Notes under the pieces: generated by a model
The model's input: only the letters and a program-made list of their open reading frames with translations
Database searches by the model: none
What the model was told of the DNA's origin: nothing
In this document: piece by piece, positions 19,776 to 33,754 of the stretch
Position numbering within the stretch: the first letter of the stretch is position 1
Layout: every line of letters begins with the position of its first letter
NCBI RefSeq assembly: GCF_028368995.1
Contig: NZ_JAQNDL010000001.1
Coordinates: forward strand, 2,240,001-2,304,000
DNA length: 64,000 nt
Source of the DNA: Nannocystis bainbridge
GTDB taxonomy: Bacteria; Myxococcota_A; Polyangia; Nannocystales; Nannocystaceae
Reading direction: 5' to 3'
Position numbers and translations under genes: made by a program

Positions 19776-20726
19776 TCATCGTTCCGCTCCACGCCCGAGC
19801 TGCTCGCGCGCCGCCACCAATCGTGCCACCGCCGCGTGCGTCGGCGCGGACAGCCCGTGCCGCTCCGCCAGCCGGGCCACCGCCCCATTTAAAAAGGCCA
19901 TCTCCGTCGCCGCCCCGCGCCGCAGGTCTTGCAGCATCGCGTTGTCGTTCGCGCGCGTCTTCTCGGTCGACGTGAACACGCGCCCCAGGTCCTCGTCGCG
20001 CAGCGTCACCCCCTCCGCGGCCGCCACCACCCGCGCCTCCGCCAGCAACGTCCCGGCCAGCGCCCGCAGCTCGGGCACGTCGAGGATCGCCCCGTTGGCC
20101 GCGCCGAGCAGCGCACACGGCCCGCTGACCGCCAGGTTCCACAGCGACTTGCGCCACTCGCACGCCGCGATCGACGTCGCCACCGTCACCGGGTAACCCG
20201 CGCCCGCCAGCAGGCCTTGCATTTCGGACATGTGCGAACAGGCAGGTTCGTCGTCGGCCGCCAGCTCGAGCTGGAACACCCCGGCCACGCGCACCGTCGT
20301 CGGCCCCGTCAGCCCCGCCCCGAGCCAGCAGGCTACCCGCACCAGCGCCGCCCCGGCCAGCCGCTCGCGGGCGAGCCCCGCGATCCCGAGCCCGTTCTGA
20401 CACAGCCCGATCGCCTGCCCCGGCCTCACCCGCGACCGCAAAGCATCGAGCGTCTCGCCCAGCTGCGTCGCCTTGACCGCGACCAGCACGATCGCCTCCG
20501 CCGGCACCGTCCACGCCCCCGCGAAATCGACCACCGGCACCCGCGCCTGCCGCTCCTCCGCCCCTGTCAGCGCGAACCCCTCGCTGTTCAGCGTCACCAC
20601 CCGCGGCCCGCGAGCGACCAGCGTCACCGCGGCCACCTCGCTCAGCCGCGCCGCCAGGTGCAGGCCGACTGCACCGGCGCCGAAGATCCAGATCGCTCGA
20701 GGAGGGGTCGCGCTCGTGAGCTGCAC
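19776..20726 (-). CDS. panE: 2-dehydropantoate 2-reductase (ketopantoate reductase)
   Basis: FGAGAVG, VAVKA, CQNGLG, WRKSLWN, AMLQDL..TEMAFLNGAV. Confidence 0.88.
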   Translation of the reverse strand: MQLTSATPPRAIWIFGAGAVGLHLAARLSEVAAVTLVARGPRVVTLNSEGFALTGAEERQARVPVVDFAGAWTVPAEAIVLVAVKATQLGETLDALRSRVRPGQAIGLCQNGLGIAGLARERLAGAALVRVACWLGAGLTGPTTVRVAGVFQLELAADDEPACSHMSEMQGLLAGAGYPVTVATSIAACEWRKSLWNLAVSGPCALLGAANGAILDVPELRALAGTLLAEARVVAAAEGVTLRDEDLGRVFTSTEKTRANDNAMLQDLRRGAATEMAFLNGAVARLAERHGLSAPTHAAVARLVAAREQLGRGAER

Positions 20727-20832
20727 CCGTACGCCTTAGCACATCACGCGACGTCACGTGCCCCGGCGAAAATCCTTCGCGCGCCACCGCGGCGGCGACC
20801 GACCATCTTCATGCACGTCCGAGGTGACGCGC

Positions 20833-20952
20833 ATGTTGGTCGCATTCTCCACCGTCTCGATCCTCTCCATCGTCGCATTTTATAACGGGCTCCTGCTGGC
20901 CGCGCTGGCCCACTATCTCTGGCGCCACCGCGGCCTCCCGTGGCAGCGCTGA
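20833..20952 (+). CDS. Putative 39-aa single-pass membrane protein
   Basis: GAGG lies 8 nt upstream of the ATG. MLVAFSTVSILSIVAFYNGLLLAALAHYLWRHRGLPWQR is a hydrophobic helix plus a basic tail. Confidence 0.55.
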   Translation: MLVAFSTVSILSIVAFYNGLLLAALAHYLWRHRGLPWQR

Positions 20953-21100
20953 AGCAGGTGCCACGCGCCTCGCGTCCCATCGCAAGGAGGCGATCGCTTT
21001 TGCCCGCACGCACCACGCCGTGAACCCCGCGGCGCCCCTCACCCGGAGCGCCGCAACGGCGCGCCGAGGTTCCAAACGGGCTCACCCGTGCGCGCTCGTC

Positions 21101-21730
21101 TCAGCCGTGGACTGCGCGTGGGTCGTCGCTCATCAGCAGCGGCCCCTCTTCGGGCGCGTCGATCACCAGCACCCGCCGACCGTCGCGGATCTCCGCGCGC
21201 ACCAGCCCGAGCACCGTCACCTCTTCGCCCGGCTCGATCACCCCCTCCTCGTAGCGAATGGCGATGTTGAGCCCGATCATGTTGACGCTCTTCAGCTCGT
21301 GGCGGCGCAGGAACGCCTCCTCGATCTCGCTCGCGTCGTCGAATGTGCCCGAGCGCGTGTGCAGGTCGCGGACCACCGCCACCCGCGGCACGCTCGTCAC
21401 CACCTGCAGCCTGCCGGTCCCGTCGTCGATCGAAAAATCGACGTAGCGCTCCTCGCGGGCCACCTCGCGCCAGTAGTTGCGCCCCGTCTCCTGGTCCACC
21501 GTCGCCAGGTAGTACACGCTCGCGCGGCCGGACAGCGGCGCCTGCAGCACGCGCTCGCCGGCCACCACCCGCCCGCTCACCCGCGCCACCTCGCCCTCGC
21601 GCAGCCCGCGGATCGGCGTCAAGGGCCGCCGCTTCAGCGTGCGCCGCGTGCGGGCGTCGTTCGACAGCGCAAAGGACAGCCCGGCCCCGACGATGAGCGC
21701 GGCGGCGACGACGAGGATCGGTGCAGGCAT
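21101..21730 (-). CDS. Membrane-anchored GIDE-domain-like protein
   Basis: N-terminal TM helix, then LQAPLSGR.SVYY, FSIDDGTG, RYEEGVIEPGEEVTVLG and PLLMSD. Confidence 0.7.
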   Translation of the reverse strand: MPAPILVVAAALIVGAGLSFALSNDARTRRTLKRRPLTPIRGLREGEVARVSGRVVAGERVLQAPLSGRASVYYLATVDQETGRNYWREVAREERYVDFSIDDGTGRLQVVTSVPRVAVVRDLHTRSGTFDDASEIEEAFLRRHELKSVNMIGLNIAIRYEEGVIEPGEEVTVLGLVRAEIRDGRRVLVIDAPEEGPLLMSDDPRAVHG

Positions 21731-21866
21731 CGGCGCCGCATCCTAGCACGACCGCCGGCGGGCCTGTCTGGGCCCGCCACCGCCCCGGCGAGCCCTCCGA
21801 GCCCCGTCCTGCGCGCCGGCGAGCCCCCGCGCGCCCTCGCCCCGCTCGCCCGGGCGAGGCCCGAAG

Positions 21867-22148
21867 GCCATGTCCCTCGAGACACATCATCTCCCGCGCA
21901 GTCGGGGCGATGACTCGAAGAATTATCCCTCGCCCTACCATACACATGTCCCCGAGACCATGTCTCGAAGGACATGTCATCCTACCCCCTCCTCACCCCG
22001 CGCACCCCATGCCCCTTGCGACCTGGGACGTTGGCGACGCGCCCGACGTCGCGAATCACATGTCCCATGCGACATGTGATTCGGACCGACACCCACGTCT
22101 CCACCTCCCAAAGTACATGTCCTTCGCGACATGTCCCGAGAAACATCA

Positions 22149-22149
<1 letters not shown>
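21867..22149. repeat. Cluster of 14-bp-phased TGTC-N6-GACA palindromes
   Basis: Exact palindromes at 21871, 21961, 22061 and 22118. Phased junction sets 21867/21881, 21943/21957/21971, 22057/22071 and 22114/22128/22142. Confidence 0.85.
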
Positions 22150-25634
<3,485 letters not shown>

Positions 25635-25704
25635 CGCCAGGCGAGTGCTGGTTGTCGCGAGTTTGATCGGTGAAAAACGCCGACTTTGGCGCGCGCGATC
25701 TCGC

Positions 25705-26361
25705 TCACTTGCGAGCGCGCAGGTAGCCGTCGATCTTGTCGCCGATGCTGCGCATCGCGCTGTCGAGGTCGCGCACCTGGCTGTCCCTCAGGTCAGGTTG
25801 GGCCAGCAGCAATTCCGTCGCCTCGCGCAGCCGCTCCCGCGCCCGCGCGATCCGACCGGCCATCGTCCCGCCTGGCACCGCGAACAGCTCGGCCAGCTCG
25901 CGCGCCGTCAGCTGCTCGTACTCCTTCAGCTCGAGCACGATCCGGTCGTCGAGGCTCAGCCCGCGCAGCGCCTGCGACACCACGTGCTCGATCTGCCGGT
26001 CGGCCAGCAGCGACGACAGCGACCCCTCCGTCGCCGGATCGATCACGCTCTCCTCGGCCGGGTCGAACGTCGGCCCGCGGCGCGAGCGGTGGCGGATGTG
26101 CTCGAGCAGCTTGTTGCGGGCGATGCCGAACACGAACCCCTTGAACGACGCCGTCCCGCCGCGGAACGCGTCGCGGCGGCGGCACAGCGCCTCGAAGGTC
26201 CCCTGGGTCAGGTCCTCGCAGGCGTCGCCGCTGACCTTCGAGAAGAAGAACCGGTACACGCTCGCGTAGTGGCGGGCGATCAGCGCCCGCCCGGCCGCGA
26301 TCGTCCCGGCTTGCCACGCGTGGAGGAGCGAGAGGTCGTCTTCGCCGGGCTCGGGTCCCAC
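25705..26361 (-). CDS. ECF sigma-70 factor
   Basis: ACEDLTQGTF, FVFGIARNKLL, and a region-4 HTH ELAELF..GTMAGRIARAR. The GTG start is inferred. Confidence 0.9.
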   Translation of the reverse strand: MGPEPGEDDLSLLHAWQAGTIAAGRALIARHYASVYRFFFSKVSGDACEDLTQGTFEALCRRRDAFRGGTASFKGFVFGIARNKLLEHIRHRSRRGPTFDPAEESVIDPATEGSLSSLLADRQIEHVVSQALRGLSLDDRIVLELKEYEQLTARELAELFAVPGGTMAGRIARARERLREATELLLAQPDLRDSQVRDLDSAMRSIGDKIDGYLRARK

Positions 26362-26371
26362 GCGACGATCA

Positions 26372-27859
26372 CTACTCGATCGCCGGCTCCGCGTCACGCG
26401 GCGGCGGCTTCAGGGCCGCCGACAGCGAGCGCGGCGTGATCCCCTCGGCCACCACCAGCAGCGCCACGAACGTCGCCATCGCCGCCCCCGCGGCCGCCAG
26501 CGCGCGCACCACCGGCAGCTCGACCCCGGCCACCAGCGCCCGCGCCACCGTGCCCGCGGCGATCGCCAGACCTGTCCACAAGGCCAGGCGCAGCATCGCC
26601 GCCGCGTAGCGACCGGCGCCGATCTCGAGGTGACGCAGGGCGAACCGCAGCAGCACCCAGAACGCGATCGGGTAGCCGATCACCCACGCCCACGCCACCG
26701 ACGCGTAGCCCAGCCGGTCGCCGAGCAGCACCGCCGCGATCGCGAACCACAGCGGCATCGTCACCGCCGCCACCGCCATGTACGTCAGCGTCAGGCTCGG
26801 GCGGCCGACCCCGTCGAGCAGCGGGGGCACCACCGCGCTGAGCGCCCGCAGCAGCGCCGCGATCGCCAGCACCCGCACCGCCACCGCCGCGCCGACCCAC
26901 TGCGCGTCGAGCAGCAGCAGCAGGTCGGGCGCCGCCGGGACCACGATCACCAGGAAGCCGGCGACGACGATGAAGCTGAGCCGCGACAGCTTCAAGAACT
27001 GCTCCGCCAGCACCGCCGGCCGGCCCCGCGCGCGCGAGAACGCCGGGAACGCCACCGACACCACCACCGTGCTGATGATGCGCGCCGGGTCGAGCGCCAG
27101 GTCGGCCGCCGCCTTGTAGAGCCCGAGCGCCGTGCGGCCGAAGAAGTGGCCGACGATGTAGAAATCGAGGCCGGTGTAGACGAAGAACAGGATCCGGCTG
27201 AACGAGGTCTTGAGCCCGAACAGCACCGCCTCGCGGGTCGCCGCCCAGTCGAACAGCAGCCGCGGCAGCCACGGCTGGAAGTACTGCACCCCCGCCGTCG
27301 TCACCAGCGTGCGCCCGATCGCCCCGGCGATGAAGCACCAGATCCCGACCAGCGGCGCCGCCACCAGCAGGGCCACGTTCTCGGCCACGCTGGCGAGGAA
27401 GCGGATCAGCGAGAACTCGCGGAACCGCAGCTCGCGGATCATCAGCGCCCCCGGCACCATGTAGAGGTTCTGCAGCAGCAGCTTGACGCAGTGCGCCTGC
27501 AGCATCCAGCCGACGATCGGCGCCTGGTAGTGGCTGGCGAGCAGCGGCGCCACGACGAAGAAGATCGCCGCCACGATCGTGAGCGACAGCAGCAGGTTGA
27601 GCCAGAACACCGTCGAGAGGCGCGCCGGCGTGTGGTCGCCCTGCTGCACCAGCGCCCCCGGCAGCCCCAGCTCGGTCGCCAGGTCGAGGATCGGGATCGC
27701 CGCCAGCGCCAGCGTGGCCACCCCGTACTCCTCGGGGGTGATCCAGATCGCCAGCAGCACCGCCTTGGTCGCCACGTCGCCCACGCCCATCAGCGCCGTG
27801 GCCGTGCCGACCCACGCCAGGCTCTGGTTGACGCGGACCTGCTCCTCGCGCTCCGACAT
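26372..27859 (-). CDS. Wzx/PST-family oligosaccharide flippase
   Basis: Multi-TM protein with ITPEEYGV, GLPGALVQ, LSTVFWLN and ALGLY. Confidence 0.88.
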   Translation of the reverse strand: MSEREEQVRVNQSLAWVGTATALMGVGDVATKAVLLAIWITPEEYGVATLALAAIPILDLATELGLPGALVQQGDHTPARLSTVFWLNLLLSLTIVAAIFFVVAPLLASHYQAPIVGWMLQAHCVKLLLQNLYMVPGALMIRELRFREFSLIRFLASVAENVALLVAAPLVGIWCFIAGAIGRTLVTTAGVQYFQPWLPRLLFDWAATREAVLFGLKTSFSRILFFVYTGLDFYIVGHFFGRTALGLYKAAADLALDPARIISTVVVSVAFPAFSRARGRPAVLAEQFLKLSRLSFIVVAGFLVIVVPAAPDLLLLLDAQWVGAAVAVRVLAIAALLRALSAVVPPLLDGVGRPSLTLTYMAVAAVTMPLWFAIAAVLLGDRLGYASVAWAWVIGYPIAFWVLLRFALRHLEIGAGRYAAAMLRLALWTGLAIAAGTVARALVAGVELPVVRALAAAGAAMATFVALLVVAEGITPRSLSAALKPPPRDAEPAIE

Positions 27860-27861
27860 CC

Positions 27862-28515
27862 TCACTCCCGCCGCAGCACCGCGCAGCTGACCTGGTACGG
27901 GCGCGTCAGCCAGCGCAGCCGCGAGCCCGCGGTCCCGCTCGGGCTGTCCCGAAGGCCAGCCAGCTTGCGGAGGTCGCGGACCAGCAGCCACGGCCGGCGC
28001 AGCAGCTCGGGCGCGTAGCTCGGCCCGTCGACGACCTCGGCGCGGACCCGGCGCAGCTGCGGGAACAGCTCGCGTGACATGTCCTCGGGGTCAGGTCGAT
28101 AGTACGTGTCGATCGGGTCCGGGTGGTACGGGTAGCTGAACGGCACCGTGACGATCAGCAGCCCGCCGGCGGGCACCAGCGCCGCCAGCCCGCGGGCCAG
28201 CGCCGCGCGGTCGGTCACGTGCTCGAGCATGTTGCAGCACAGGATCGCCCGCGCCCCGACCGCCTGCAGCCGCGCGTGCCCCTCCGGGCTCAGCGCGTCC
28301 GCGGCGATGTCGACCCCTGGCAGCTGCTTCAGGTCGCTGTGCACCACCTCGGCCCCGCGGGCCCGCAGCGGCGCGAACACCTCGCGGTCGATCCACGGCT
28401 GCACGGCTGTCCTGAAGTGCAGGTCACTGCTGCCGAGGTTGAGCAGCGGCGTCAGCTCCGCGTCGCCCAGCTCCTGCAGCCGCGCCCGCAGCCACCGCGC
28501 CTCGACCTCAAGCAC
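27862..28515 (-). CDS. Methyltransferase-like protein
   Basis: LLNLGS, CNMLEHV, VTVPFSYPYHPDPID. Confidence 0.75.
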   Translation of the reverse strand: MLEVEARWLRARLQELGDAELTPLLNLGSSDLHFRTAVQPWIDREVFAPLRARGAEVVHSDLKQLPGVDIAADALSPEGHARLQAVGARAILCCNMLEHVTDRAALARGLAALVPAGGLLIVTVPFSYPYHPDPIDTYYRPDPEDMSRELFPQLRRVRAEVVDGPSYAPELLRRPWLLVRDLRKLAGLRDSPSGTAGSRLRWLTRPYQVSCAVLRRE

Positions 28516-29344
28516 GGACCTGCTCCTCGGGCCAGCTCGCCACCGACTCGAGCCCGCCGGCCAGCGCGATCTCGGCGACGAAGCCGAGCCGCTCCTTCGC
28601 GCGGGTCGGGTCGAGCACGTAGCGCATCACCTCGCTGCCGCGGTACGGCAGCGCACCGAGGTCGACCAGCTCGGTGCGACCGACGCGCCACGCCAGCGCG
28701 CGCACCACCATCGCCACCGCCGACTCGATCCCCGTGCCCGCGTTGTAGACCCCGACCGGCGCGTCGGCCTCGGTGCAGCGCGCCAGCAGGCGGGCCACGT
28801 CGCGCACGTGCACGAAATCGCGGGTCTGCTCGCCGGGCGTGCACGCGAACCGCTCGCCGGCCCGCAGCGCCGCCAGCAGCGACGGGATCAGCATCCCTGG
28901 CCGCTGACCGGGCCCGTAGACCACCCCGGGCCGCACGATCACCGCCTCGATCCCCAGCCTCGCCGCCGCCGCGCGCACCTCGTCCTCGCCGCGGATCTTC
29001 GCCCGCGCGTACGGCGTGTCGCCGAGCCGCTGCGCGTCCTCGACGAACGGCACCGGCTGCAGCCCGTACACCTCGCCCGAGCTGACGTAGACCACCCGCC
29101 GGGCCCCGCGGGCCGCCGCGATCGCCAGCGCCCGCAGCGGCGCCGCCACGTGCGCTTCAGTCAACGCCGCCTCGCCGCCCTCGCGGCCGCCGCCGGCCCA
29201 GATCAGCGCATGAACTTCAGGACATGTCCGTTCCGCCAGGCCCTCGCGGCCGAACGCGACCACCGGCGCCGCCGCCAACGCGTCCGCCGCGGCGCGGCCG
29301 ATGAAGCCCCCGCCGCCGCCGATCGCCACGGCGGTGACCGTCAC
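28508..29344 (-). CDS. NAD-dependent epimerase/dehydratase
   Basis: GGGGFIG, SSGEVYG, YARAK, RDFVHV. Confidence 0.88.
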   Translation of the reverse strand: MTVTAVAIGGGGGFIGRAAADALAAAPVVAFGREGLAERTCPEVHALIWAGGGREGGEAALTEAHVAAPLRALAIAAARGARRVVYVSSGEVYGLQPVPFVEDAQRLGDTPYARAKIRGEDEVRAAAARLGIEAVIVRPGVVYGPGQRPGMLIPSLLAALRAGERFACTPGEQTRDFVHVRDVARLLARCTEADAPVGVYNAGTGIESAVAMVVRALAWRVGRTELVDLGALPYRGSEVMRYVLDPTRAKERLGFVAEIALAGGLESVASWPEEQVRA

Positions 29345-30318
29345 GCCGCCCCCAGCAGCTCGCGATACCAGGCGATCGTGCGCTGCAGACCTTCGTCGAG
29401 CCCGTGGCGGGGGCGCCAGCCGAGCACCCGCCGCGCCTTCTCGGACGCCAGGAATTGCTCGCGGATCTCCCGCGACGCCTCGCCGAGGATCACCGGCGCC
29501 AGCGCGCGTGCGTCCATGTGGCCGAGCACGCGGTCGACGATCTCGAGCACGCTCTGCGGCCGCTCGTCGGAGAAGTTGAACGCCTCGCCGACCACCTCGG
29601 GCCGGTCCATCTGCTCGGCCAGCTCGAGGTACGCCGCCACCGCGTCGCCGACGTACACGTAGTCGCGTACGAACGTCCCGTCGCTGCGCACCACCGGCCG
29701 CTCGCCGCGGACCACCGAGCGCACCGTGCCCGGGATGATGCGGTTCCAGTTGAGGTCACCCGGGCCGAACAGGTTGCCGCAGCGGGTCACGCACACCGGC
29801 AGCTGGTAGCTGTCGAAGTAGCAGCGCGCGATCAGGTCGGTGCAGCTCTTCGAGCAGTCGTACGGGAACCGGCCCTCGAGCGGCGACGCCTCGGTGTACG
29901 GCAGCACCGGCTGGTCGCCGTAGGCCTTGTCCGAGCTGGCGACCACGACCCGCCGGACCTTGCGCTCGTTGCGTCGGCACGCCTCGAGCAGGTTGTACGA
30001 GCCGCGCACGTTGGCCTCCCACGTCGAGAGCGGGTTGCGCCCGGCGGTGCCGACGATCGTCTGCGCCCCGAGGTGGAACACCGCCTCGATCTCGTGCTCG
30101 TTGATCACCCGCTCGAGCAGCGGGTAGTCCTCGAGCTGGCCCTGCACGCTGACGCAGCGGCGGTCGAGCCCGCGCCCGTGGAACAGGCTGCGCGGGACCC
30201 CGTCGCGGACCAGGCACACCGGCGCCGCCCCGCGGGCCAGCAGCTCCTCGACCATGTGGCTGCCGAGCAGCCCGGTCGCCCCGGTGACGAGCACGTTCTT
30301 GTCTGTCCAAAAGGACAT
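29341..30318 (-). CDS. NDP-sugar 4,6-dehydratase (CDP-glucose 4,6-dehydratase, RfbG-like)
   Basis: [31 protein letters not shown]. Adjacent to rfbF. Confidence 0.85.
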   Translation of the reverse strand: MSFWTDKNVLVTGATGLLGSHMVEELLARGAAPVCLVRDGVPRSLFHGRGLDRRCVSVQGQLEDYPLLERVINEHEIEAVFHLGAQTIVGTAGRNPLSTWEANVRGSYNLLEACRRNERKVRRVVVASSDKAYGDQPVLPYTEASPLEGRFPYDCSKSCTDLIARCYFDSYQLPVCVTRCGNLFGPGDLNWNRIIPGTVRSVVRGERPVVRSDGTFVRDYVYVGDAVAAYLELAEQMDRPEVVGEAFNFSDERPQSVLEIVDRVLGHMDARALAPVILGEASREIREQFLASEKARRVLGWRPRHGLDEGLQRTIAWYRELLGAA

Positions 30319-30319
30319 A

Positions 30320-31093
30320 TTACCAATTCCTCCACGGCGCCGCGCCGCCGGCCCACGCGCGCTCGAGCAGCTGCAGGTCGCGATAGGTGTCCATGCACTG
30401 CCAGAAGCCCTCGTGCCGGTGCACGCGCAGTTGGTCGTCGGCGGCCAGCCGCTCGAGCGGCTCGCGCTCGAGCGTGCAGGCGTCGTCGTCGCGCACGTAC
30501 TCGAGCATCGCCTTGCGGAACACGAAGAAGCCGCCGTTGATCCACCCCTCGGTGACCGCCGGCTTCTCGCTGAAGCTGTCGACGCGCTCGCCGTCGGTCA
30601 GCAGCTCGCCGAAGCGGCTCTGCGGCCGCACCCCGGTGACCGTCCCGATCTTGCCGTGGCTGCGGTGGTACGCCAGCAGCGCCTTGAGGTCGACGTCGCA
30701 CAGCCCGTCGCCGTACGTCAGCATGAAGTCGTCCTCGCCGAGGTGGCGGCCGACCCGGTGCAGCCGCGCCCCGGTCATCGCCTCCTCGCCGGTGTCGACG
30801 CAGGTCACTCGCCAGCGCGCCTCGGGCGGGTTGTGCAGCGTCAGCTTGCCGCCCTGCCCGAGGTCGACCGTGAAGTCGCCCGACAGCGCCGCGAAGTCGA
30901 GGAAGTAGCGCTTGATCACCTCGGCCCGGTAGCCGAGGCACAGCACGAAGTCGTCGAACCCGTGCGACGCGTAGTAGCTCATGATGTGCCAGAGGATCGG
31001 TCGCCCCGCGACCTCGATCATCGGCTTGGGACGCAGCTCCGTCTGCTCTTTGAAGCGGGTCCCCTTGCCCCCGCACAGGATGACGACCTTCAT
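30320..31093 (-). CDS. rfbF: Glucose-1-phosphate cytidylyltransferase
   Basis: [44 protein letters not shown]. Confidence 0.93.
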   Translation of the reverse strand: MKVVILCGGKGTRFKEQTELRPKPMIEVAGRPILWHIMSYYASHGFDDFVLCLGYRAEVIKRYFLDFAALSGDFTVDLGQGGKLTLHNPPEARWRVTCVDTGEEAMTGARLHRVGRHLGEDDFMLTYGDGLCDVDLKALLAYHRSHGKIGTVTGVRPQSRFGELLTDGERVDSFSEKPAVTEGWINGGFFVFRKAMLEYVRDDDACTLEREPLERLAADDQLRVHRHEGFWQCMDTYRDLQLLERAWAGGAAPWRNW

Positions 31094-32220
31094 CGCGACC
31101 TCCCCAGGACCTCGTCGTAAACCGCCTGGAGGCGCTCGCGGTGGGCCTCCACGCTGTATTCTGCCTGCATCTTGCGCCGCCCGGCCTCGCCGAGGGCGCG
31201 CCGCTCGTCTGTACTTCGGGACAGGCGCACCAGGTGCCCCGCCAGCCCGGCGACGTCGCGCTCGCCCGCGAGCAGCCCCGTGACCTCGTGCTCGACCTGC
31301 TCCGGGATCCCCGCGTGCCGCGTCGCCACGATCGGCAACTCCGCCGCCGAGCCCTCGCAGATCACCGTCGGCGTGCCCTCCTGGTCGCCGTCGCGGGCCG
31401 TCCGGCTCGGCACCAGCAGCACGTCCGCGTCCTGCATGGCCGCAGGCACCGCCGTCGCCGGCGCCGCCCACGTCACGTCGAGCCGCAGCGACTCGGCCAG
31501 CGCGCGCAGCGGCCCGGCCCCCGCCGAACCTGTCCCAAGGAGCATGACCTCGAGGTCAGCCCCAGCCGCACGCGCTGCGGCGCACGCTCGCAAGCCATCA
31601 TCAAAACCCTTCTTCTCGACCTCGCGCCCGACCATCAGCACCCGCGTGCGCGCCCGCGTGGCCCGCGGCGCCGGCTGGAACCGCGACAGGTCGACGCCGA
31701 GCGGCACCACGCGGATCTTGCTCGCGGGGCAGCCCTGGGCCACCAGTTGGTCGCGCATGTGCTGCGACAGCGCGAGGAAGCGGTCGCCGCGGCGGAACAG
31801 CGCCGGCGCCAGCGCGGCGAAGTGCCAGTAGGCCGGCAACAGCCGCAGCCGCGAGCCGCGGACCGTCACGTCCTTGCCGTAGAAGCTGGTCACCAGCGGC
31901 AGCCCGCAGCGGGCCGCTGTCAGCAGCGCGTGCGCCCCCGTCTGCCCGAGGTGCGCGTGGATCAGCGACACCCCGCGGGCCCACCGCGACAGCCGCGGCG
32001 ACAGCGTGGTCGCGCGGTACAGCAGCGCCTCGAGCGCGCCCAGCGGCAGGTCGCGCAGCGCCGTCACCTCGCCCTCGGGGAACTTCTCCCGCGACAGCCG
32101 CTCGACCGCGAACACGCGCACCGCGTAGCGCCGCAGCGACCGCATCGACGTGTAGATGAACGTCTCCGACGGCGGCAGAAATTCGTGGCGCACAAAGCCG
32201 ACAATCGGCGAGTTCGACAT
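31090..32220 (-). CDS. GT4 glycosyltransferase (WcaL-like)
   Basis: SETFI, VGREVEKKG, PSRTARDGDQEGTP, TRHAGIPE. Confidence 0.9.
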   Translation of the reverse strand: MSNSPIVGFVRHEFLPPSETFIYTSMRSLRRYAVRVFAVERLSREKFPEGEVTALRDLPLGALEALLYRATTLSPRLSRWARGVSLIHAHLGQTGAHALLTAARCGLPLVTSFYGKDVTVRGSRLRLLPAYWHFAALAPALFRRGDRFLALSQHMRDQLVAQGCPASKIRVVPLGVDLSRFQPAPRATRARTRVLMVGREVEKKGFDDGLRACAAARAAGADLEVMLLGTGSAGAGPLRALAESLRLDVTWAAPATAVPAAMQDADVLLVPSRTARDGDQEGTPTVICEGSAAELPIVATRHAGIPEQVEHEVTGLLAGERDVAGLAGHLVRLSRSTDERRALGEAGRRKMQAEYSVEAHRERLQAVYDEVLGRSR

Positions 32221-32507
32221 GCCGAGCGAACGGCCGCGAACGTACGCTCCGGCGCGCGAGGGTGTCAACCGGCCGGTGCAGCCATGACTTGCCGCACGCC
32301 CTCCCGCGAGGCTCTCGGCACGCAGCCCTCGTCCGCCTCTGGTATCGCGCCAGGACCCGCGATGCTCCTGCCCGATCGCTCCACCGAGCGCGCCTGCGGC
32401 CCGCACCAGCCCCCCACGCACCGGCCCGCCCGCACGACCGGGCCCGCCTGCCACCCGCGGCCCCGCGTCACTTCTGGGCCCGCCTGCGGCCGAATCGAGG
32501 ACCCGCG

Positions 32508-33647
32508 ATGATCCTGCCCGACCTCACCACCCGGGACGCGTGGGAGCTGCGGCGGCAGCCCGAGATCGACGAGGACGACCTGTGGCAGACGCCGGGGCCC
32601 GTCGTGTGGCAGGCCGAGCGCTTCCGCGGCCCGCCGCCGATGTTCTACCCCGTCTATCGCAGCGGTGACCTCTACGCCACCTCGCCGCTGCCGCTCATCG
32701 CCCGCCACGGCGCGCTCGAGCTCGACGCGGAGTTCGCTCGCCAGGTCGGCTCGTCCGTCCGCTACCTCGCCACCAACGCCACCATCGATCGCCGCGTCCG
32801 TCGCGTCGGTTGCCCCGAGCTCTCGACCCTCGAGCTGGCGGACCCGCGCGAGTTCATCGCCGCCATCGCCGCCGCCCTGCGCAGCGACCTCGCCCGCATC
32901 GAGGCGCGGCAGCCGGGCCTCACCAACCTCGTCCTGTGCGGCGGGCGCGACAGCCTCAACCTGCTGCTGCTGCCGTGGCAGAACCCGGTCATCGCCGTCA
33001 GCGCCCGGCCAAACTTCCCGCTCGTGCAGCAGTTCGTCAAGGACAACCGGCTGGCGATCGACGTCGTCGAGCTCGTCGATCACGACGCCTCGCTGCTGGA
33101 CAGCGAGATCGCCGTCAACGCCTGCCGGATCGGCCTCGATCACGTGCGGTGGGTCGCCGAGCTGCGCCAGCTCGCCGCTCGCTTCGAGCGGCGCGCCATC
33201 TTCTGGGTCGGCGCCCTGGGCGACACCTTCACCACCCCGAAGTGGCGCTCCTACAACCATTCGCTGGCGCTCGCGCGCCTGCGGGCCTTGCCCGGCCTGC
33301 GCGGCCTGACCGCGACCGAAGCCGGCCAGGGCCTGTTCTCGTGGACCGCCTACTACCGCGGCGGCATGTGGCAGGGCGGCAACATGTCGCTGCTCAAGGA
33401 GATCACCGACGCGCTGGTGCTCTCGGCCTACCACGGGCCTGCGATGCGCGCCGTGCTCGCGCGCGTCGACCTGCGCGGCGCGGTGCCCCGCGACATCCGC
33501 CCCGAGCTCGGCGAGGCGCTGGCCGGCGCCCCGGTCGTCTACCCGACCAGCAACCCCTCGCCCGCGCCCTCGTCCTTCCGCAAGCGCCGCTCGCACGTGG
33601 CCGCCTTCGTCGAGGTCCTGGCCCGCCACGGCATCCGCACCGCCTGA
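32508..33647 (+). CDS. Hypothetical protein with a PP-loop-like (adenine-nucleotide alpha-hydrolase) motif
   Basis: VLCGGRDS resembles SGGxDS. Transcribed divergently from the polysaccharide operon. Confidence 0.7.
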   Translation: MILPDLTTRDAWELRRQPEIDEDDLWQTPGPVVWQAERFRGPPPMFYPVYRSGDLYATSPLPLIARHGALELDAEFARQVGSSVRYLATNATIDRRVRRVGCPELSTLELADPREFIAAIAAALRSDLARIEARQPGLTNLVLCGGRDSLNLLLLPWQNPVIAVSARPNFPLVQQFVKDNRLAIDVVELVDHDASLLDSEIAVNACRIGLDHVRWVAELRQLAARFERRAIFWVGALGDTFTTPKWRSYNHSLALARLRALPGLRGLTATEAGQGLFSWTAYYRGGMWQGGNMSLLKEITDALVLSAYHGPAMRAVLARVDLRGAVPRDIRPELGEALAGAPVVYPTSNPSPAPSSFRKRRSHVAAFVEVLARHGIRTA

Positions 33648-33669
33648 GCCTCGTCCCGCGGTGATTCGG

Positions 33670-33719
33670 CGCATGTCCCTGAGGGCATGTCTCTCCAGAC
33701 ATATCCTCGAGGACATTGC
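33670..33719. repeat. 14-bp-phased palindrome array (4 junctions)
   Basis: CGCATGTC 33670, GGCATGTC 33684, GACATATC 33698, GACATTGC 33712. Confidence 0.8.
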
Positions 33720-33754
33720 TGTTTGGTCATCCCACCGAACTGGCGAACGCGACG

